Assembly: GCA_000092065.1 (NCBI GenBank)
Contig: CP000589.1
DNA: 64,000 nt
Reading direction: 5' to 3' (one strand)
Source: Ostreococcus lucimarinus
Lineage: Eukaryota
Position 1 is the first letter of the stretch. Each line of letters starts with the position of its first letter. Positions 20,113 to 28,953 of this stretch are shown here, piece by piece. Both the position numbers and the translations under genes were made by a program. The notes under the pieces were generated by a model. It was given only the letters and a program-made list of their open reading frames with translations. It did not search any database and was not told the origin of the DNA.

Positions 20113-20194
20113 GAAACTTCGGAGACGGATTAGTGGTGATGTAAACGAAAGAGCTCTCGAAGAAGAATCTAAAATCTTTTTACATACCGCTCGC

Positions 20195-21057
20195 CTAAAA
20201 CCATTCGTTGTGCTCCTCTGCGTCCGCGTCTTCGAGCTGCGCGCGCTCTTTCAATTCGCTCTTCTTTCGGAACATTTTTGCCTCGAAGCCCGTGCCGCGG
20301 TCGACGCCGTCCCAGTGACGGCCCGGTTTGATGCCGTAGCGGTTGTGCGGCGCGACGACGCCGCGACGAAGCCAGCTGTGCGGTGGAACCTCTTGCGGGA
20401 TTCGGAAACCAGACTTTTTCAAATCATCCATCGACAACCCTAAGCCGTCGACGACGGATGGGAGATTGAGCGATTCAGCGTGACGCTTTTTGCGGCTCAA
20501 ATGCGCCATCGGGTCGCCGAAACGCATCGCACTTCGCTGTTTGTCTTCATAATCGGCATCGATGTCGGCGTGCGCGAACGGAGTGTCTTTTGCCTTGACT
20601 AAATCTACCTCGTACTGCTTCGCTTGTCTCGCCTGTTCCACACCCGTTGCCCAAACCGGTCGTTCGCGCTCCTTTGGTTTGACATTCTCCGAGCGACGCT
20701 TCATCTCCTCGCTATCCATGAGCTTCCCAGTCGCCTTGTCCCGGTAGTTCGTCGCCGCCCCGCGACCACTTTGCTCGTCCGTCATCTTAGCCACGCGCGC
20801 TTGCTCAGCTTTGCGCTTCAACTCAGCTTCCATGATGACTTGCGCCGCGCTCACGAGACCGGTGGACGTGCCATCCGTCATCTTGTGCTCCTTCGTCTTC
20901 TTTTCCTTCGACTTCTTTTTATTATCTTCCGCGGGCGCTTCCGGCAAGGGATCGGGCGGTAAGATCAAGTCACCGTCGCTATCGTACTGCAGCTCTTGCT
21001 GCCCGGAAGGCTCTTCAGGCAGGATAAAATCGCCATCGCTGTCGTATTGCGGCTCAC

Positions 21058-21088
<31 letters not shown>

Positions 21089-21634
21089 GGGCTCCTGAGG
21101 AATAATCAAGTCCCCATCGCTATCGTACTGCAGCCCATCGCCCGCGCTCGTCGTTGGCGCATCCTCGGGCGGTACCGAAGCATCACCGGCGTCGTCTTCG
21201 CTATCGCTATCGTGTCTCGCGCGGCGACTCGGCGCCGCCGCCGCCGCCGCCGTCGCCTCTTCCGAATCCGAATCGTGTCTTCGTCGTCTCCCCCCAGCCC
21301 CGCTCCCATCTTCCTCCACCGCCGTCCATCCACTACCATCGTCCCCGATCCCCATGTATCGCACCGCGCGCGCCTCGATCTCTTTCGTCGCCATCGCCGC
21401 CGCGTCCACCTCGCGTCCGCGCGCGTCCAAAACCACCGCGCGATCCTCATCCTCTCGACCCTTCTTCGTCCCCGTCGCGTCCGCGCTCGCGCCCGCGTCG
21501 CCGTCGATGATGCGAATCGCGTTCGAGTGCGTCTTCGGGCGCTTCTTTTTGCGCTTCTTCCCGTCGTCACCGCGCGGGTCGGCGCTCGACGGCGCGCTCA
21601 TGTACTTTTTGAGGTAGTCGAGTTTGGAGCTCAT
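20195..21634 (-). CDS. BUD13: BUD13 / CWC26 (RES splicing complex subunit) homolog.
   Basis: N-terminal 'MSSKLDYLKKYMS...KKRKKKRPK' and C-terminal '...GVDRGTGFEAKMFRKKSELKERAQLEDADAEEHNEWF' match the conserved ends of BUD13. ATG at 21632-21634; the track's 21703 start is GTG. Internally there are three copies of the motif 'QYDSDGD[LF]I[IL]P'. Confidence 0.7.
20950..21135 (-). repeat. Three tandem ~63-nt coding repeats in BUD13, encoding 'QYDSDGD[LF]I[IL]P(E/Q)EP'.
   Basis: The DNA segment 'aagatcaagtcaccgtcgctatcgtactgcagct...' recurs three times with few substitutions. The third copy is separated by a (GCC)10 poly-Ala run at 21058-21088. Confidence 0.8.
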
Positions 21635-21844
21635 GGCGGCGCGTTCGAGCGCGCGCGCGCGTTGGGGGCGTCGATCGTCGACGTCGACGTCGCGTCGCGT
21701 CACGTCGTCGCGCGCGCGCGGCGTCGATCGACGCGACGAGTCGAGGTGTGACGGTCTGGTCGCTCGCCGCGACGGTTTCGTTCGTTTCGCTCATCTAACG
21801 CGCTATGATTTCAGCTATAACTTGAGCTAATGCGGTCGTCGCGT

Positions 21845-22648
21845 TCACGCGTCGACGCGACGCGCGGCGACGAAAATCGAACCCTTGTCGCCTCTGCCCG
21901 TGCGCAGATCGTCGTCGACGTAGGTCGTCTCGATCCAGCCGCGCGGATCGACAAAGTCGAGCGACGCGCGCAGCGGCGGCAGCGACCCTATTCGAAGCTC
22001 CACCGAGCGAAAGCGCACGTTCAAACGCGTCGGATGCGCGACGGGATCATCGAACGCGCACTCTCCCGCGAGATTCACACCGAGATTCACGCCGAAAGGT
22101 CCTTCGAATTCGGCCCGATTGGACACCGTCGCCGCGGCGACGTCGATGTCTTGATAGTTCCCAATCGAACGCGCGAACGACTTTTCCGACTTTTCCGACT
22201 TTTCCGACTTTTCCGACGCCACCGAGCGCCCCGAACTCCCTGAGGCTTCCGTGAGCGCCGCGCCCAGAGCGCCCTCGCGTCGTCGTCTCGCCTCCTCCGC
22301 GGCGTCGTCCGCGGCGACCGACGCCAAGAGACTCCACGCGCCCGAGACCGACGCCCCCAGCGCCGCCGCGTCGTCCGGCGCGCGTCCCGCGCGCTCCAGC
22401 GCCTCGACGAGGTCCATCAGCGCGCGCGCGTCGTCCGCCGACGCGCGTCGTCCGCCTCGCGTGCGCGCGCAAAGTCGTTTCAGCGCGCGCTTCGTCGTCT
22501 CGACGTCTTCGCTCGACGCCGACGCCGCGACGCGCGACGCGCGCGCGACGCGCGACGCGCGCGCGCGCGCGGCGCGACGCGACGCGTCCAGCGCGCGGCC
22601 TCCGTCTCGCGCGCCGCGCGCGCGATCGGCGCTCGCGGTCGCGCGCAT
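21845..22648 (-). CDS. Fibrillin / plastid-lipid-associated protein (PAP_fibrillin) with a transit peptide.
   Basis: 'TKRALKRLCARTRGGRRASADDARALMDLVEALE...LGASVSGAWSLLAS' and the C-terminal hallmark 'WIETTYVDDDLRTGRGDKGSIFV' are present. It lies in the C-terminal part of the minus ORF 21845..23344, whose remainder is antisense to the TPT gene. ATG at 22646-22648. It contains an in-frame (SEK)4 insert. Confidence 0.55.
   Translation of the reverse strand: MRATASADRARGARDGGRALDASRRAARARASRVARASRVAASASSEDVETTKRALKRLCARTRGGRRASADDARALMDLVEALERAGRAPDDAAALGASVSGAWSLLASVAADDAAEEARRRREGALGAALTEASGSSGRSVASEKSEKSEKSEKSFARSIGNYQDIDVAAATVSNRAEFEGPFGVNLGVNLAGECAFDDPVAHPTRLNVRFRSVELRIGSLPPLRASLDFVDPRGWIETTYVDDDLRTGRGDKGSIFVAARRVDA
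22182..22217. repeat. (TTTTCCGAC)4 perfect 9-bp tandem repeat, in-frame in the fibrillin gene (minus strand, encodes SEKSEKSEKSEKS).
   Basis: It is read directly at 22182-22217. Confidence 0.9.
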
Positions 22649-22709
22649 CGCGCGGCGCCGACGTGTGGCGCCGCACTCGACGCCTCGCGAAGCGTCGCGG
22701 CGTCGCGGC

Positions 22710-23762
22710 ATGCCGGCGTCGAGCGATGCGCCGTCGACGACGCCCGCGACGCGCGACGCCGACGCGCGGTCGCGGCGCGTCGTCGCCAAGGCGCTCGCGG
22801 ATAACGCGCTCGTCGCGCTGTGGGTCGGGACGAGCGCGATCGTCATCTTGTTCAATAAATACATCCTCACCGCGTACGGGTTCCCGTTCCCGGTCGCGCT
22901 GACGATGACGCACATGCTGTTCTGCTCCGTCGTGGCGTTCGTGATCGTGCGCGCGCTGAAACTGGTGCCGGCGAGCGAGGGGGTGACGAGGGAGGTGTAC
23001 GCGACGAAGATTACGCCGATAGCGGCGCTGTTCGCGGTGTCGCTGTGGGCGTCGAACACGGCGTACGTGTATTTGAGCGTGGCGTTCATACAAATGCTGA
23101 AAGCGCTGAGCCCGGTGGTGGTGTACGCGATCGGGTGTTCGATAGGCGTGGAACGGTACTCGCACGAGCGATTGGCGAACATGGCGGTGGTGACGCTCGG
23201 GGTGATGATCGCGTCGTACGGGGAGCTGAATTTTAATTTTTTTGGGTTCGCGGTGCAGCTCGTGGCGGTGCTCGCGGAATCGTGTCGAATCATCGCCGTG
23301 CAGCTGGTTTTGGGGAAAGCAAATCTGAAGTTGAACTCGATCACGACGCTGTATTACGTTTCGCCCGCGTGCTTTGTGTTTTTGATCGTCCCGTTCGCGA
23401 TGCTGGAGCTTCCCAGGCTGGCGTACGGCTTGGAGGTGACGCATTCGGTGCGTTACTCCGCGGGCATCATGCTCGCCAACGCAATGTGCGCGTTCGCTTT
23501 GAATGCGGTGATTTATTTGCTCATCGGTCGAACGAGCGCGTTGACGCTCAACGTGGCGGGCGTGGTGAAGGACATGTTCCTCATCGGCATCAGTTCGGTG
23601 ATTTTCGAGGCGCCGATATCTGCCACGCAGCTCGTCGGTAGTTTGATCGCGTTCGGGGGCGTGTGCTACTATAATTACCGCAAACTGAACGATGCGTTCG
23701 CGGCGGCGGCGGCGGCGCCGACGCAAGGCGAAGTCGGGCCGAAGCGAGACAGTCAGGCTTAG
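22710..23762 (+). CDS. TPT-family sugar-phosphate / nucleotide-sugar transporter.
   Basis: The multi-span hydrophobic profile and TPT-domain signature 'WVGTSAIVILFNKYIL...LKALSPVVVYAIG...TSALTLNVAGVVKD' are present. ATG at 22710; the track's 22251 start is GTG and is antisense to fibrillin. Confidence 0.8.
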   Translation: MPASSDAPSTTPATRDADARSRRVVAKALADNALVALWVGTSAIVILFNKYILTAYGFPFPVALTMTHMLFCSVVAFVIVRALKLVPASEGVTREVYATKITPIAALFAVSLWASNTAYVYLSVAFIQMLKALSPVVVYAIGCSIGVERYSHERLANMAVVTLGVMIASYGELNFNFFGFAVQLVAVLAESCRIIAVQLVLGKANLKLNSITTLYYVSPACFVFLIVPFAMLELPRLAYGLEVTHSVRYSAGIMLANAMCAFALNAVIYLLIGRTSALTLNVAGVVKDMFLIGISSVIFEAPISATQLVGSLIAFGGVCYYNYRKLNDAFAAAAAAPTQGEVGPKRDSQA

Positions 23763-23831
23763 GGTGTCGGTTAGTAGTGTATCCTTCCGTAGAATTTCGT
23801 ATAACACGCGTGATTGTTACAAATTTGTGTT

Positions 23832-25250
23832 TTATAGTAGCAGTTCAGAGAGTTCATTTCCTTCGTCTTGTCCATCGCCGCCGAGCGAAAGTTGTGCGAG
23901 TTTTGCCGCTTCGAATTCCGCGGACAACGCGCACAGTTCGTCGTAAATCAAACCTCGAACATCGGTATCTGTCAGATATTGGGCACCGTCTTCAAAGTCG
24001 AAGGTGAACGGCGACTCAGCGCACGGTTCGTCGACTTCATCGTGAAGCGATTCCAGGTATGGATGCGCCAACGCCTCCTCGACGGTGATGCGCCTCGCCG
24101 GGTCGAGCACGAGCATCTTATCCACCAAGTCCACCGCCTTGGGCGAAGCGTTGGGGAACAACTTTTGAAAGCTACATCGCGCGGTGACTGGAAGTGATTT
24201 GATGTAACGCTTCGCCTTTTCGTTGTTGATGAAATCAAGCTCGGATGGGTTTTGCGGCGTTCCGATGACGCGCATGATCAAATTCAATTGGTGCACGTAA
24301 TCTTTCCCCGGAAAGAGCGTCTTTCGCCCGAGCAACTCGGCGAAGATACAACCGACGCTCCACACATCGATAGCGCTCGTGTACTCGGCGCAAGAGAGCA
24401 ACAGCTCGGGCGCGCGATACCACCTCGTCACGACGTACTCCGTCATGAACTCGGACGCCTCCGCGTCCACGAGCGCGGTGCGCGCCAATCCAAAGTCACA
24501 AATCTTCAAATCGCAGTTCGCGTTCAATAATAAATTTCCAGGCTTCAAGTCTCGATGCAGCACGTCGGCGCTGTGAATGTACTTTAACCCGCGCAAAATC
24601 TGATAGACAAAGTACTGACAGTGCTCATCCGTCAGCGACTGCGAACTGCGAATGATTTGGTATAAATCGGTGTCCATGAGATCGTACATCAAATAAACGT
24701 CCTCAAACGCATCCTTCGCGCGAGGTTTCACGCAATCGATGATATCGATCACGTTCTCGTGCCTCAAGTGTCGCAACAGCTTGATTTCCCGCAGCGTCCG
24801 CTTCGCGTCCACCACGTTCTCGAACGCGTTCACAATCTTCTTAATCGCCACCTTTCTATTCGTCTCCAACTCTCTCGCGCTACACACCACCCCGTACGCC
24901 CCCTTCCCGATCGGTTTTATGGGCGCATACTTGGCGTCCACCTCGAACACCGTCCCGCACACGGCGAACTTGGACGTCACCGCCGCCGTCCCCCGTCCCG
25001 ACCGTCCTTCCCTCTCCCGTCGCGCCTTTCGTCGTTTCGCCCTCGCCGCGCGCACGACGTCATCCCCACCACCGTTCTCGTCCCCTCCCTCGACCCCTCG
25101 TCGTCGTCGTCGTCGTCGTCGTCGTTCGCTCGCGTTCGCGTCTCGCGTCCCCTCGCCCGCCTCCGATTCGCTCTCGTCCGTCGTCGTCTCCGTGCGCGAC
25201 GCGCTCTCCGATCCCGTGCACTGCGAGTCGTCGTCCTCCGTCGTGCTCAT
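23832..25250 (-). CDS. ERK-type MAP kinase (TEY activation loop) with an N-terminal low-complexity extension. The start is uncertain (first ATG after an in-frame poly-Arg is 25250; the ORF extends to 25721).
   Basis: '[12 protein letters not shown]', 'VAIKKI', '[11 protein letters not shown]', 'DFGLAR', '[18 protein letters not shown]' and '[13 protein letters not shown]' are present. The upstream part of the ORF overlaps the PRMT7 5' end on the other strand. Confidence 0.85.
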   Translation of the reverse strand: MSTTEDDDSQCTGSESASRTETTTDESESEAGEGTRDANASERRRRRRRRRGVEGGDENGGGDDVVRAARAKRRKARREREGRSGRGTAAVTSKFAVCGTVFEVDAKYAPIKPIGKGAYGVVCSARELETNRKVAIKKIVNAFENVVDAKRTLREIKLLRHLRHENVIDIIDCVKPRAKDAFEDVYLMYDLMDTDLYQIIRSSQSLTDEHCQYFVYQILRGLKYIHSADVLHRDLKPGNLLLNANCDLKICDFGLARTALVDAEASEFMTEYVVTRWYRAPELLLSCAEYTSAIDVWSVGCIFAELLGRKTLFPGKDYVHQLNLIMRVIGTPQNPSELDFINNEKAKRYIKSLPVTARCSFQKLFPNASPKAVDLVDKMLVLDPARRITVEEALAHPYLESLHDEVDEPCAESPFTFDFEDGAQYLTDTDVRGLIYDELCALSAEFEAAKLAQLSLGGDGQDEGNELSELLL

Positions 25251-25506
25251 GTACGCCCGCGCGTCGTCGTCGTCGCCGTCGTCGTCGTCGCGAATTCGCG
25301 TCGCGCCGTCTGCAATCGCGTCGTCGTAATCATCGTCGCTTTTCGCGTCGCGCGCCGCGGCGCTCGCGCGCCGCGCCGCGTCGTCGTCCGCGAACGCGCC
25401 TCGCCCGCGTCCCGCGCGCGCGTCGCGCGGCGACGGCGTCTCCGCGCTCGACGCGCGCGCCATTGTGCGCCACCGCGCGCCGTCGTCGGTCCATCGCGGC
25501 GTCGCG

Positions 25507-27135
25507 ATGCCGGCGCTCGTCCTCACGCGCGCGGGCTGGGCGCGCGCGAGCGACGTCGACGACGACGACGACGACGCGACGCGCGACGTCGCCGCGGCGC
25601 TGTGGACGACGACGACGTGGCTGGACATGCTGAACGACGGGCGGCGAAACCGAGCCTTCGCGCGGGCGATCGAACGCGACGTGACGCGAGGCGATCGATG
25701 CGTGGACGTCGGCGCGGGCACTGGGATACTCGCGGCGATGCTCGCGCGGGCGTGCGGACGCGAGGGAGGCGTGGTGGCGGTGGAGGAGTACGCGCCGTGC
25801 GCGGCGCTGGCGAGAAAAATCGTCGGCGGCGACGGGATCGACGTGCGGTGCGCGCGAAGCGATGAGGTGGTGTGCGAGACGGAAAACGAAAGGTTTGACG
25901 TGATGTGCGCGGAGTTGTTGGACTCGGAGCTCGTGGGAGAGGGATGGTTGAAGACGGCGCGCGAGGCGAGACGAAGGCTGACGCGCGGACGAGGCGCGAC
26001 GATACCGAGACGAGGGAGGACGCACGCGAGGTTGGTGCGATGCGAAAAGGCGGCGAAATATTACGGTGCGATCGGTGACGCGGCGAGCGCGGCGGGGGAG
26101 GGGGTGGTGTGGTGTCGAAGCGCGAGGCAGGCGCACGCGCGCGCGTGGAGACGAGAGATGGAATCGTTATCCGACGACGTCTTGGCGCACGAGTTCGATT
26201 TCGAGAACGTGCCGGAGGAAGGACGCGCCGCGACGTGGGAACGCGAGTGGAAAGTCGTCGACACCGCCGGGCGCGCGGATGCGGTTTTGGTGTGGTGGGA
26301 GGTGGACGTCGATTCAGAGGGCGATGCCCGGTATTCGACGCGTCCGACGCCCGACGCTCCCTGGACGCACCATTGGCGGCAAGTCTTGTTCGTCGTTCCC
26401 GAACACGCGCGCGGTGGAATTTTGAATGGCGATGGAAAGGTGCGCTTTGTCGCCACGCACGACGATTACTCGCTGAAAATCGGGATTCAAACGTCCGAGA
26501 CTCTCGGCGCTCGGGCGGACGCCGCCGGCGTCCCGGACCCGCCCGTCGAAGCGCCTTGGCTCGATCCATTGAGACGGTGCGCGCGGGGAGAGAGCACGTC
26601 GTACCGTCTTCGCGCGGTTGGGATGCGTTTGCCCGAATTCGTCGCGAGCAAGGCGCGACTCGGCGTCGTGTGCGGCGTCGATTTGTCGAGCGCCAACGCG
26701 CTCTTGCGTCCTGAAGACGACGACTTGCCCGACGACGCACCGATCGGGTGCGAAAAGTTCGACGCTCCGATTTCATGGTTCCACGTGTTTGAGCTCGGTG
26801 GCGGTCCGCACGACGCCGACGCCGTCGCGACCTCGCCCGAGACGCTCTTTGAATTCGGCGACGAATCGTCCTCCTTCGCCGTCGGCGCTCGCGCCGTCGC
26901 GACGCTCCGCGCGGACGCCCCGTTCGACGCCGTCGTCGTCTACATCGACGCCGAAGACGATGTCGATCCGTTCGATCCCGAACGCGACGCGTTCGCCACG
27001 CCCTTTTCCATCGCGAGACGTCGTCAAGGCGTTCTCATCGTTCCGGAACGCTCTCGCGCTCCATCGCTCCAAGTTTGGTGCGCCGCCGTTCCCGGCGACG
27101 AGGGATTCCGATTCGGCATTCTCGCCTCATCGTAA
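25507..27135 (+). CDS. PRMT7: Protein arginine N-methyltransferase, PRMT7-like (two tandem MTase-like modules).
   Basis: '[18 protein letters not shown]', '[14 protein letters not shown]', '[14 protein letters not shown]', and the second module '[17 protein letters not shown]...[14 protein letters not shown]...VATHDDYSL' align with human PRMT7. ATG at 25507. Confidence 0.8.
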   Translation: MPALVLTRAGWARASDVDDDDDDATRDVAAALWTTTTWLDMLNDGRRNRAFARAIERDVTRGDRCVDVGAGTGILAAMLARACGREGGVVAVEEYAPCAALARKIVGGDGIDVRCARSDEVVCETENERFDVMCAELLDSELVGEGWLKTAREARRRLTRGRGATIPRRGRTHARLVRCEKAAKYYGAIGDAASAAGEGVVWCRSARQAHARAWRREMESLSDDVLAHEFDFENVPEEGRAATWEREWKVVDTAGRADAVLVWWEVDVDSEGDARYSTRPTPDAPWTHHWRQVLFVVPEHARGGILNGDGKVRFVATHDDYSLKIGIQTSETLGARADAAGVPDPPVEAPWLDPLRRCARGESTSYRLRAVGMRLPEFVASKARLGVVCGVDLSSANALLRPEDDDLPDDAPIGCEKFDAPISWFHVFELGGGPHDADAVATSPETLFEFGDESSSFAVGARAVATLRADAPFDAVVVYIDAEDDVDPFDPERDAFATPFSIARRRQGVLIVPERSRAPSLQVWCAAVPGDEGFRFGILASS

Positions 27136-27249
27136 CGACGCGCTCGAGCGTCGACGTCTCGATCGTTTAGTTTAGGATTCAATCGTTTAGTTTAGGATTA
27201 GCGTTGGCTCGTTCGGCGCACCGCCGGCGCGCGTCACATCGCGCCGACG

Positions 27250-28200
27250 ATGTCGCTCGCGCGCGCGCGCGCCTCCGGCCCGACGCCCGCGCGCGCGTCG
27301 ACGTCGACGTCGACGTCGTCGTCGTCGCGCGCGCGCGTCGTCGCGCTCACGCGTCGCGCCGCGCTCGTCGCCGCGGTCTCGCTCGTCGCGCCCGGCCGCG
27401 CGCGCGCCGACGCGTTCGCCGACGCCGACGCGTTCGCCGACGCCGGCGAATCGCCCGCGGTCGGCGCGTGCGCGGATTGCATCGGCGAGTACAACGGGTA
27501 CCTGAACTCGTGCGATCGCGCGTCGTCGTCGTGCGTGTCCTCGCAGAACGACGACGCGGAGAGATTCGTCGCGCCGTGGGCGTACGAGGGCGACCGCGCG
27601 ACGGCGATGCGACGCCTCGTCGACGTCGCGACGGGACGCGCGACGCCGCGAGGCAGGGCGCTGTCGCAGCGCGGGAGCGGGATCGGGGCGAGGACGGGCG
27701 ACGGGCGCGCGCGCGACGGGTTGTCGTTCGTCGCTCGCGCGGAGGCGTACGACGAATCGAGCGGATACGTGCGGTTGGCGCTCGCGCCCAAGACGCGAAA
27801 CGACGCGAACGGTGGATTCGGGGCGAAGGTCGCGCTCGACGGGAACGACGTCGACGTCGCGGGCGTCGGCGTGTTCGACGCGGAATTTCTGTTCATCGCG
27901 AACGACGAAGTGGTCGACGTGCGCGTGGCGCAGCGCGGCGGTAACGCCGAGAATCGCGGGGTGTTTCGATTGAGTTACACCGATGGCGTGGCGTTCGATA
28001 CGAATCTCGCGAGGGCGCGCGCCGAGGAGCTTCGCATCGCGATCGGGTGGGAAATCCTCCCAGTCATAGCCGCGTTCGATCCGAAGTGGAGCGACAAAGA
28101 GCGACTTTGGTTTGAGAAATTATTCGACGCCGCCGCGGGGCGTCCGGCGCCGGAGACGAACGATCTACGCGACATGCGCGACACGTACTCGTACGAGTGA
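27250..28200 (+). CDS. Putative thylakoid-lumen protein (DUF1499-like) with a twin-arginine signal peptide.
   Basis: 'TRRAALVAAVSLVAPGRARA' has an RR-hydrophobic-AxA layout. 'NSCDRASSSCVSSQNDDAERFVAPWAY' resembles the 'PNCVSS...PW' core of DUF1499. ATG at 27250. Confidence 0.4.
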   Translation: MSLARARASGPTPARASTSTSTSSSSRARVVALTRRAALVAAVSLVAPGRARADAFADADAFADAGESPAVGACADCIGEYNGYLNSCDRASSSCVSSQNDDAERFVAPWAYEGDRATAMRRLVDVATGRATPRGRALSQRGSGIGARTGDGRARDGLSFVARAEAYDESSGYVRLALAPKTRNDANGGFGAKVALDGNDVDVAGVGVFDAEFLFIANDEVVDVRVAQRGGNAENRGVFRLSYTDGVAFDTNLARARAEELRIAIGWEILPVIAAFDPKWSDKERLWFEKLFDAAAGRPAPETNDLRDMRDTYSYE

Positions 28201-28331
28201 TCGCCTCGCGTCGCGTCGCGTTGTAGTGTTCATCGATTTGTTTGTACCGCGCCGTCACCGCGCCTCGATTTGTTTGGACCGCGAGCTCGAGCTCGCGGTC
28301 CCGAAGCTGCACACTTCAAACCTCGGCGACG

Positions 28332-28844
28332 ATGGCGATCTCCGAGCTCGCGCGCAAGGTGTTCCTGACGTACTTCGTCACCCACATCCCCGCCACGATG
28401 CTCATCGACGCGCAGGTGGTGTTGCCGCCGCGCGTCGTCCCGACGTTTGCGCGAAACGCCCTGCGTTGGCACATCTCCACGAATAACGACGTCTTGATGG
28501 CGCACCAGCCCGCGTGGTTGCGGAGTTTGGTGATGTGTGAGCTCGTGTTCCAACTGCCGTTCTTCTTCGTCGCGATATCGGCGCTGCGTCGAAGAGATGA
28601 GGGCGCGAAGGGGTGGTTGTTGGCGTACGGCGCGCACACGGCGACGACGCTCGCGCCGATTTTGCAATACATTTGGGAGAGCGACGCGATCGCGAGCGAG
28701 CTCGAGCGATGGAAGTTGATTGGGGTGTATTCGCCGTATCTCGTCGTACCGCTGTGGATCGTGTCGTGCACGATCGGAGAGGGGAAGATTTTCGTCGACG
28801 CGAAGACGGCGAGGAGCGCGTCTTCGAGGCGGAAGCGGGCGTAG
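28332..28844 (+). CDS. TMEM97: TMEM97 / sigma-2 receptor (EXPERA domain) homolog.
   Basis: 'MAISELARKVFLTYFVTHIPATMLIDAQVVLP' and four hydrophobic spans match MAC30/TMEM97. ATG at 28332. Confidence 0.6.
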   Translation: MAISELARKVFLTYFVTHIPATMLIDAQVVLPPRVVPTFARNALRWHISTNNDVLMAHQPAWLRSLVMCELVFQLPFFFVAISALRRRDEGAKGWLLAYGAHTATTLAPILQYIWESDAIASELERWKLIGVYSPYLVVPLWIVSCTIGEGKIFVDAKTARSASSRRKRA

Positions 28845-28953
28845 GTCGCGGTGAGTTGACGGTCACTTTTAGTATTGAAAATGATCAAAACTGCCGAGTG
28901 GTGTTGGTCACTCGTCATGAGGAAAACTGTTCTTCGTTCGAAACGAGACGTCC

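Noticed and set aside
22047-23807. 586-aa minus-strand ORF spanning the TPT transporter locus.
   Set aside because: It is an Arg/His/Pro-rich translation with no motifs. It is antisense to a multi-pass transporter that has a clean hydrophobic periodicity.
25523-26776. 417-aa minus-strand ORF.
   Set aside because: It is antisense to the well-conserved PRMT7 gene. Its composition is dominated by R / P / S / A runs.
27162-27199. Tandem 18-20-nt direct repeat 'atcgtttagtttaggatt' x2 downstream of PRMT7. A similar 'tctaatcgtt' x2 lies at ~61470.
   Set aside because: These are short AT-rich duplications in 3' regions. They are too short and isolated to call a mobile element or regulatory motif with confidence, so they are noted only.
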